In this document: positions 6,774 to 12,609 of the stretch, one piece after another | Layout: the number at the start of each line of letters is the position of its first letter | Numbering within the stretch: the stretch's first letter is position 1 | From: Candidatus Eiseniibacteriota bacterium | Lineage (GTDB): Bacteria > Eisenbacteria > RBG-16-71-46 | NCBI GenBank assembly: GCA_031370785.1 | Contig: JANMQY010000039.1 | Coordinates: 1-12,609, forward strand | Reading direction: 5' to 3' | Length of the DNA: 12,609 bases | Translations under genes and position numbers: made by a program | Notes under the pieces: generated by a model | What the model was told of the DNA's origin: nothing | The model's input: only the letters and a program-made list of their open reading frames with translations | Databases searched by the model: none

Positions 6774-7700
6774 TCAGCGCCGGGCGAGCGTCTGCAGCGC
6801 GAGCGCGAATCGTCGGGCCCGGATGCGCGCGCTGGGGTTGCCGAGCAGGCCGAGCGCGGTGTGAATGACCCTGCGCAGTCCCCATCCCACCGCCAGTGCG
6901 CGGCGAACCTCGTCTTCGCCGACCTGCGGTTGGAACTTTCGAAAGTAGTGGAGGGCCGGCCCCTCCCCACCGTCGGCTGGAAGTGTCGCGCTGCGACTCG
7001 ACCCTTTCGCGATGGCATGGGTGACCTCGACGTCGGGCGTCGCGAGCACGTCCCAGCCCGCGACCTCGAGACGCTTGCAGTAATCCACGTCCTCGAAATA
7101 CATGAAGTAGGCTTCGTCGAGCGGGCCGACCGCGCGCAACGCCTCGACGCGCACCAGCCACATGCAGCCGGAGATCCAGTCCACGGTGGAGACGGCGAGC
7201 GGAAACGTCATCCGCCTTCCCTCGCGGCCGAGGAGCTGGTCCAGGAGCATGGCGTGAGCACGCTCCCGATCCAGCGTCGGGAAGTGCCCCACCGAGCGGT
7301 CGATGCGGCCCGCGGTATCGCGTACCCGCGGCCCGATGAGGCCGGCGCGCGGGTGCGCATCGAGGATCGTGGCCAGCCGGTCGAGCGCGCCTGGTGGCAG
7401 GATCACATCGGGATTCACGACCGCGATGTATGCGTATTCGAGATCGTGCAGCGCGGCGTTCACTCCGGCCGCAAACCCACGGTTCGCCGGCAGTCGCAGA
7501 ACGCGCGGCGTGCCAATGCGACTTGCGGCGCGGTCCGCGCTGCCGTCGGTGCTCGCGTTGTCCACCACGCGCACGTCGAGGCCGCGCTCAGGTGCGGCGG
7601 CAACCAGGGCGTCGAGGCATGAGTCGATGACCGCGGCGGATTCGTGAGTCACGACCACCGCAACGATGCCCGCGCTCTCGCGGGGAACGGAGGTGGTCAC
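6774..7700 (-). CDS. GT2 family glycosyltransferase (WbbL-like, possible rhamnosyltransferase)
   Basis: Start corrected to GTG at 7700 (5 nt after the upstream stop), giving 308 aa. VVDNASTDGS, NRGFAAGVN, VVNPDV, DWISGCMWLVR and LDEAYFMYFEDVDYCKR motifs. The first 310 codons of the ORF-track entry are an out-of-frame overlap with the OPX gene. Confidence 0.88.
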   Translation of the reverse strand: MTTSVPRESAGIVAVVVTHESAAVIDSCLDALVAAAPERGLDVRVVDNASTDGSADRAASRIGTPRVLRLPANRGFAAGVNAALHDLEYAYIAVVNPDVILPPGALDRLATILDAHPRAGLIGPRVRDTAGRIDRSVGHFPTLDRERAHAMLLDQLLGREGRRMTFPLAVSTVDWISGCMWLVRVEALRAVGPLDEAYFMYFEDVDYCKRLEVAGWDVLATPDVEVTHAIAKGSSRSATLPADGGEGPALHYFRKFQPQVGEDEVRRALAVGWGLRRVIHTALGLLGNPSARIRARRFALALQTLARR

Positions 7701-7705
7701 GTCGC

Positions 7706-9334
7706 TCAGCGCGAGGCAGCGCGCGCGGCGATGATGATCGTGGCCACCTGAGCGGCGACCGCCACGACGTCCCGCAGCTGGGCCCACGTGCTGACGTCCG
7801 GGCGCTCCGGCACCCATAGGAAGTCGCCGGGCTCGATGGCGCCGTCCGCGTTGTGGGCCAGCATGGTCTGCCCGGTCACGGAACGCGTCACGCGGATCTG
7901 GGTCCGCGCGGCGCGATTGGTGAGTCCGCCCGCCTGCTCGATGTAGTAGCGATAGGGCGCGCCGCTGCGGAACGTGATCACGCCCGGCCGGCGCACCTGG
8001 CCGTCGACGCGGACCGAGTTTGGAGTGCGCTCGACCCGGATCACGTCGCCGTTCACCAGCACCGGATCGAGTGCCTGAGCTCCCGCTTCGATCTTTCGCC
8101 AGTCGACCCGATAGTTGGGGCTGAGCGCAGCGAGACGGGTGCGGAACGACTCGTATTCCGATGCCGTCATCTGCTCGCGCGGGAGGCGTGACAGGCGCTC
8201 GAATTCGGGATCGTTGCGCATTCCCTCGGGACGAGTGCGGATGAGCAGCACCGCCGACTGGTCGGCTCCTTCGCGGAATCCGCCGGCGGCGCGGATCGCA
8301 TCCGAGAGCCGGGTGTGACCGAGCTCGATTGGATAGTCGCCCGCGCGCTGGACGTAGCCGGTGACGCTGACCTGCTTGGTCTCCCGATACTCGGGGATCA
8401 GATACACGTAGAGATTGTCGCCGTCGTGCAGCAGCGGATTGAACGCTCCGCTCGCGATGTCGTCGAGCGAGACGGCGATCGACTCGCGCTCCGTCTGCGA
8501 TCTCCAGCGCGTGAACAGCGCGTGACTGCGTTCCGCGGCCGGGAGCGGGCCGCCGGCGAGCTCCAGCAGCGTCGACAGGCTGTCCCTGGGACCCAGCTCG
8601 AAGAGGTCCGCCCGAGCCACACCGCCCCACGCGCCTACGTTCGTGGTGCGCCGCGGAATGGTGATCACATCACCGTTCTGCAGCCAGGCATCCTCACCGG
8701 TCCAGCCGGTCAGCCGGAAGCGCTCGAAATCGCACACCGACTCGCGGCCATCCGGATGGCGAATGCGAAGATTTCGGTGCGAGGCGAGCGGCAGGAACAA
8801 TGAGTCGGGGAGCACGTCGAACACGCGACTCGCGCCGTGCGTGCTGTACGGACCCGGATGCTTGACCTCGCCGGTCAGGTACACCACGTAGGTGCGCATC
8901 TGCTGGAGCCGAACCTCGATGCTCACGTTGCGGTACTGGCGGCGCATCTCCGCTTCGACCCGGTTCTCGGCCTCGCGCAGGGTCAGGCCGGCCACGAGGC
9001 TCGATCCGGCGCCGGGAATGAAGAGCCGACCCTCGGGATTCACTTCGAGCGAGAGAGTCCGCGAGATCGGCCCCCAGATGAGCACGACCAGCACGTCGCC
9101 CGGGCCGAGCCGGTATTCATCCGGATTCACCGCAGCGCTCTGAGCCGGGATCGGGCCCATCACGATGGGAGCGATCGGGGCCGACGTCGCCGTCGGGCTG
9201 GAGTCGTTGGAGCCCCGCGGGCGTGAATCGAACTGGGCGAAGGCCGCGGTGGCGCTCACTGCCAGCGCGACGGTGATTCCGACCGCCAGCGCGGCGGTGG
9301 CCGCGGTCGCCAGCGTGATGGCGTTACGCTTCAC
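7706..9334 (-). CDS. Outer-membrane polysaccharide export (OPX) protein with a Poly_export domain and multiple SLBB domains (Wza/KpsD/OtnA-like)
   Basis: Start corrected to GTG at 9334 (GTGA overlap with the rmlB stop), giving 542 aa. Signal peptide ending ..TAAFA|Q. Poly_export motif YRLGPGDVL..VNPEGRLFIPGAG..VAGLTLREA. Four SLBB-like units (VYLTGEVKHPG, VGAWGGVARAD, VSVTGYVQRAG, VRVDGQVRRPG), each ending in an L/I-x-x-GD motif. Hydrophobic/amphipathic C-terminal helix. Confidence 0.88.
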   Translation of the reverse strand: MKRNAITLATAATAALAVGITVALAVSATAAFAQFDSRPRGSNDSSPTATSAPIAPIVMGPIPAQSAAVNPDEYRLGPGDVLVVLIWGPISRTLSLEVNPEGRLFIPGAGSSLVAGLTLREAENRVEAEMRRQYRNVSIEVRLQQMRTYVVYLTGEVKHPGPYSTHGASRVFDVLPDSLFLPLASHRNLRIRHPDGRESVCDFERFRLTGWTGEDAWLQNGDVITIPRRTTNVGAWGGVARADLFELGPRDSLSTLLELAGGPLPAAERSHALFTRWRSQTERESIAVSLDDIASGAFNPLLHDGDNLYVYLIPEYRETKQVSVTGYVQRAGDYPIELGHTRLSDAIRAAGGFREGADQSAVLLIRTRPEGMRNDPEFERLSRLPREQMTASEYESFRTRLAALSPNYRVDWRKIEAGAQALDPVLVNGDVIRVERTPNSVRVDGQVRRPGVITFRSGAPYRYYIEQAGGLTNRAARTQIRVTRSVTGQTMLAHNADGAIEPGDFLWVPERPDVSTWAQLRDVVAVAAQVATIIIAARAASR

Positions 9335-10383
9335 GCGCCCGCTCCCTTCAGCACCTTGCGCTGCCCGTACATGCGCTCGTAGTAGGCGCGGAACTCGCCC
9401 TGCTTGATCGGTCGCCACCACGGATCGTTCTTGCGGAACCACTCCACGGTCTCGCGGATCCCATCCTCGAACGCGATCGTGGGCTTCCAGCCGGTCAGCC
9501 GAGTGAGCTTCGAGGAGTCGACCGCGTAGCGCCGGTCGTGCCCGGGGCGATCTTCGACGTGGCGGATCAGGGTCGTGGGCTTGCCGAGCAGGCGCAGGAT
9601 GGTGCCGGTGATGGTGAGCACGTCCAGCTCGTGCTGCGCGCCGATGTTGAACGTCTCGCCTTCGATGCCGGGATGCGCGAGCAGCGTCTCGAGCGCGGCG
9701 CAGTGGTCATCCACGTGCAGCCAGTCGCGGCGATTGAGCCCGTTGCCGTACACCGGCAGCGGCTGATCCTCGATCGCGTTGGTGATGAACAGCGGCACCA
9801 GCTTCTCGGGGTACTGGCGCGGCCCGTAGTTGTTGGAGCAGCGGCTCACCACCACCGGCAGCCCGTAGGTGGTGTGATAGGCGTACGCGAGCCGGTCGCC
9901 GCCCGCCTTGCTCGCGGCGTACGGGCTGCGCGGCTTGAGCGGCCACTCTTCGGTGGCGTGACCCTCGAGCACCTCGCCGTACACTTCGTCGGTGCTGACC
10001 TGGATGAAGCGCTCGAGCTTCTGGCGCCGCGCCTCCTCGCCGAGCACGAACACGCCGTACACGTCGGTCTGGATGAACTCGCCCGGCGTCTCGATCGAAC
10101 GGTCCACGTGCGACTCGGCCGCAAAGTTGAGCGCGAAATCGCAGCCCGCCATCGCCTTTGCGACCGCCTCCGGATCGCGAATGTCGCCGTGCACGAAGGT
10201 GAGCGATCTGGCCGGGAGCCCGTCGAGATTCTCGCGCCGCCCCGCATAGGTGAGCGCGTCGAGCACCACCACGTGGCTGTCGGGATGTCGCGCGAGGAAA
10301 TGGCGCACGAAGTTCGAGCCGATGAATCCGGCGCCGCCCGTGACCAGCACGCGGCTCCCGTCCAGGCGAAGCGCCTCAGCCAT
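9331..10383 (-). CDS. rmlB: dTDP-glucose 4,6-dehydratase
   Basis: Start corrected to ATG at 10383 (8-nt overlap with the upstream stop), giving 350 aa. TGGAGFIGSNF, DALTYAG, AAESHVDRSI, STDEVYG, YAASK, NNYGPRQYPEKLVP and DRPGHDRRY motifs. Confidence 0.95.
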   Translation of the reverse strand: MAEALRLDGSRVLVTGGAGFIGSNFVRHFLARHPDSHVVVLDALTYAGRRENLDGLPARSLTFVHGDIRDPEAVAKAMAGCDFALNFAAESHVDRSIETPGEFIQTDVYGVFVLGEEARRQKLERFIQVSTDEVYGEVLEGHATEEWPLKPRSPYAASKAGGDRLAYAYHTTYGLPVVVSRCSNNYGPRQYPEKLVPLFITNAIEDQPLPVYGNGLNRRDWLHVDDHCAALETLLAHPGIEGETFNIGAQHELDVLTITGTILRLLGKPTTLIRHVEDRPGHDRRYAVDSSKLTRLTGWKPTIAFEDGIRETVEWFRKNDPWWRPIKQGEFRAYYERMYGQRKVLKGAGA

Positions 10384-10831
10384 CCTTCTGGCTCCAGTCG
10401 TACGGCACGTCGGGGCTGTGCGGCGGCACGCGGAACTCATCAGGATTGTCGTACACGTAGTGCTCGGTCGGAGTGTTCACCAGGTACGCCGGCTCGATCC
10501 CGATGCCCTTCATGCCGTGCATGACGAACGGCGGGATCACCAGCAGGATCGGATTCTGCTCGCCCATGAAGAACTCGTTGATCTCGCCCTTGGTCTTGCT
10601 GTTCTCGCGGGTGTCGTAGAGCACGACCTTGGCCATGCCCTTCACGAACACGAAATGGTCGGTCTGCTTCTTGTGGTAGTGCCAGCCCTTCACCACTCCG
10701 GGATACACCACCGACAGGTAGACCTGTCCGAATTTCTGAAAGAACTCGTCGTCGTCGCGCATCATCTCCATGAGCAGACCACGCTCATCGGGAATGACCT
10801 TGAGACGCTTGACCTTGACTCCATCGATCAT
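10376..10831 (-). CDS. rmlC: dTDP-4-dehydrorhamnose 3,5-epimerase family cupin (short SpsL-like RmlC type)
   Basis: The real gene is the last 151 aa of the 654-aa ORF: MIDGVKVKRLKVIPDERG..E, PGVVKGWHYH, VLYDTR.NS.T.G, IPPFVMHG. SD GGAGG at 10840..10836. Family assignment is firm; exact activity is not. Confidence 0.82.
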   Translation of the reverse strand: MIDGVKVKRLKVIPDERGLLMEMMRDDDEFFQKFGQVYLSVVYPGVVKGWHYHKKQTDHFVFVKGMAKVVLYDTRENSKTKGEINEFFMGEQNPILLVIPPFVMHGMKGIGIEPAYLVNTPTEHYVYDNPDEFRVPPHSPDVPYDWSQKDG

Positions 10832-10860
10832 TGTGCCTCCGAAGATCGAACTCGCGCCGC

Positions 10861-12189
10861 TCAGCGTTTTGCCGTGACCGCGCGGCCGCGTCCGACACCG
10901 ACGTGCTTCATCCCGGCCGCCTCGACTTCTTCCGGGTCGTACAGGTTGCGCAGGTCGCAGAGCACCGGCTTTCGCATCAGGCGCTTGAGCCGTGGGAGGT
11001 TCATGCCCCGGAATTCGTTCCACTCGGTGATGATCGCGAGCGCATCCGCGCCGCGCGCGGCATCGTAGGCGTCGTCGGCGAACTCGACCCCGCGCAGCTG
11101 TGGCAGCATGGCCGCCTTCTCCTGTGCGACCGGATCGAACGCGACCACCTGGATGCCGCGCCGCTTGAGCCCGGCGATGATGGTGAGCGCCGGCGCCTCG
11201 CGAAGGTCGTCGGTGTTGGGCTTGAACGACAGGCCGAGCACGCCGACCCGCGCGTTCTTGCGGCCCGCCGCCTTCACGATCTTGTTCACCATGCGTTTCA
11301 TCTGATTCTCGTTCGCCGCGATGGTCGCCTCGACGATCCCGGTCGGGGTGCCGGCCTTGCGCGCGAACGCCGAGAGCGCATGCGTGTCCTTGGGGAAGCA
11401 CGAGCCGCCGTAGCCGGGGCCCGCGTGCAGGAACTTGCTGCCGATGCGCCGGTCCATGCCCATGCCCTTGGCCACCGCCTGCACGTCCGCGCCGAGCGCC
11501 TCGCAAACGTTCGCGATCTCGTTGATGAAGGAGATCTTGGTGGCGAGGAAGCAGTTCGAGGCGTACTTGATCAGCTCCGCGCTCTCGAGCGTGGTCACCA
11601 CCATCGGAGTCTCGATCAGGAACAGCGGGTCGTGGATCTTGCGCAGGATCTCGGCGGCCTTCTTCGATTCCGCGCCGATCACCACTCGATCCGGGCGCAT
11701 GAAGGTCTCGATCGCCGAGCCCTCGCGCAGGAATTCCGGGTTCGAGGCCACGTCGAAGTCCGCGCCGCGCTTCGCATGCTTGCGGATGTGCCCATAGAGA
11801 TCGCGCGCGGTGCCGACCGGCGCGGTGCTCTTCTGCACGATCAGCTTGTAGCCGTCGAGATTCTGCGCGACGGTCTTCGCCACCGCATAGATCGCGCTGG
11901 TGTCCGCGCTGCCGTCCGCGCGCGGCGGCGTGCCGACCGTGATGAACACCACCTTCGAGCCCTTGAGCGCCGACTTGAGGTCGCTCTCGAACGACAGGCG
12001 CCCCTCGTTCACGTTGCGCGAGACGATTTCGGGCAGCCCGGGCTCGAAGAACGGCAGCTCGAGCGCGCGCATGCGCTCCACCTTCTTCGCGTCCGTGTCC
12101 ACGCACACGACCTGATTGCCGAAGTCGGCAAGGCAGGCGCCGGTCACGAGCCCGACGTAGCCGGTGCCAACCACGGTGATCTTGTACAA
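10861..12189 (-). CDS. ugd: UDP-glucose 6-dehydrogenase (UDP-glucose/GDP-mannose dehydrogenase family)
   Basis: 442 aa. GTGYVG, KSTAPVGT, SNPEFLREG, AELIKYASN.FLATKISFINE, catalytic GYGGSCFPKD and GLSFKPNTDDLRE motifs. TTG start with AAAGGA (12202..12197) 7 nt upstream. Confidence 0.93.
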   Translation of the reverse strand: MYKITVVGTGYVGLVTGACLADFGNQVVCVDTDAKKVERMRALELPFFEPGLPEIVSRNVNEGRLSFESDLKSALKGSKVVFITVGTPPRADGSADTSAIYAVAKTVAQNLDGYKLIVQKSTAPVGTARDLYGHIRKHAKRGADFDVASNPEFLREGSAIETFMRPDRVVIGAESKKAAEILRKIHDPLFLIETPMVVTTLESAELIKYASNCFLATKISFINEIANVCEALGADVQAVAKGMGMDRRIGSKFLHAGPGYGGSCFPKDTHALSAFARKAGTPTGIVEATIAANENQMKRMVNKIVKAAGRKNARVGVLGLSFKPNTDDLREAPALTIIAGLKRRGIQVVAFDPVAQEKAAMLPQLRGVEFADDAYDAARGADALAIITEWNEFRGMNLPRLKRLMRKPVLCDLRNLYDPEEVEAAGMKHVGVGRGRAVTAKR

Positions 12190-12278
12190 GCGCAGGTCCT
12201 TTCGGATGGGTGAATTGCCCGGAGAGGCGCCGGGGCCGCGTCTCTCGAAGGAGCTGGAGACGGCGCAACGAGCCGGTG

Positions 12279-12307
12279 AGGTTAGGGGTTTGGCCGGGCA
12301 CGGTCAA
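12279..12307 (-). promoter_or_regulatory. Putative sigma70-type promoter for ugd-rmlC-rmlB-opx-GT2, embedded in the 3' end of the upstream gene
   Basis: Minus strand: TTGACC (12307..12302), 17 nt, TAACCT (12284..12279). The TAA of the -10 box is also the stop codon of the upstream SDR gene. Confidence 0.65.
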
Positions 12308-12609
12308 CGGGGGACGGATCCCTCGCGCGCCACTCCGCAATCACATCGTCGAGCGTCTGTTCGAGCGGGATTCGCGTGCTCCAGCCGGTGTCGCGCGCGA
12401 TGGCCGAGGGGTCGCCGACCGAGTACGGGACGTCCGCCGGTCGCATGCGGGCGGGGTCGGGCTCGATCCGCACCGGAACCCTGGCGCGCGCAACGAGGCT
12501 CTTCACGATGTCGGTCAGCCTCGCCCCCTCGCCGCGGCACACGTTGTATACGCCGCCCGCGGCGCCGCGCTCGAGGAGCGCGACATAGGCTTGAACGATG
12601 TCCCGCACA
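12282..12609 (-). CDS. C-terminal part (5' truncated) of a GDP-sugar SDR: GDP-4-keto-6-deoxy-D-mannose reductase (Rmd)-like or GDP-mannose 4,6-dehydratase family
   Basis: VRDIVQAY, GGVYNVCRGEG, DPARMRPADVP..VGDPS, TGW..RIPLEQTLDD...WR match the C-terminus of Rmd/Gmd-like extended SDRs. The catalytic N-terminal part is outside the window. Confidence 0.8.
   Translation of the reverse strand, partial: VRDIVQAYVALLERGAAGGVYNVCRGEGARLTDIVKSLVARARVPVRIEPDPARMRPADVPYSVGDPSAIARDTGWSTRIPLEQTLDDVIAEWRARDPSPVDRARPNP

Noticed and set aside
7701..8630. Apparent 618-aa GT2 with an extra N-terminal domain
   Set aside because: The extension overlaps the OPX gene out of frame. GT2 motifs begin only after the GTG at 7700.
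10831..12213. Long plus-strand ORFs (460 aa here; also 4453..5868, 1923..3107, 3197..4249, 5780..6688, 6699..7622, 9538..10524)
   Set aside because: They lie antisense to well-supported genes, are rich in Arg/His/Ala and show no recognisable motifs. This is the expected shadow of high-GC codon usage.
12190..12281. RfaH ops/JUMPstart element or known riboswitch in the leaders
   Set aside because: No GGCGGTAG core and no riboswitch consensus I can recognise in any intergenic gap.
10832..12340. Apparent 654-aa fusion with a long N-terminal extension on RmlC
   Set aside because: The extension is an alternative frame of ugd with low-complexity Arg/Gly content. rmlC has its own GGAGG-led ATG at 10831.
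1..12609. CRISPR array, IS/transposase, tRNA, frameshifted pseudogenes, phase-variable simple repeats, HIP1-like GCGATCGC enrichment
   Set aside because: No regularly spaced repeats, terminal inverted repeats, cloverleafs or notable tracts were seen. All genes are intact with tight junctions. The scattered CGATCG sites are explainable by GC-rich Ala/Ile codons, and I could not run enrichment statistics.

Overview
High-GC bacterial cell-surface polysaccharide (EPS/capsule/O-antigen-type) gene cluster. All real genes are on the minus strand and the cluster is cut off at both window edges. In transcription order (right to left): 3' end of an Rmd/Gmd-like NDP-sugar SDR, UDP-glucose 6-dehydrogenase (ugd), a short SpsL-type RmlC cupin, rmlB, a non-lipoprotein OPX/SLBB export protein, a WbbL-like GT2, a kinase-less Wzz/GNVR co-polymerase, an O-antigen ligase/polymerase-family membrane protein, two GT4s (WbdB/WbpY-like, then WbdC/WbpZ-like), a GT-C (ArnT/PMT-like) membrane glycosyltransferase, and the first 10 codons of another SDR epimerase (MRILVTGGAG) that the ORF track missed. 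Several ORF-track starts were over-extended and are corrected here using stop/start overlaps and SD sites. The best non-coding observations are three near-consensus sigma70-type internal promoters (one apparently leaderless) and a 'hairpin-N-AATTC' layout shared by two 5' leaders. No mobile elements, CRISPR arrays, tRNA or rRNA were seen. All family calls come from motifs recognised by eye, not from database searches. I see no clear evidence of a wholly new system; the candidate novelty is in the gene combination and the leader architecture.
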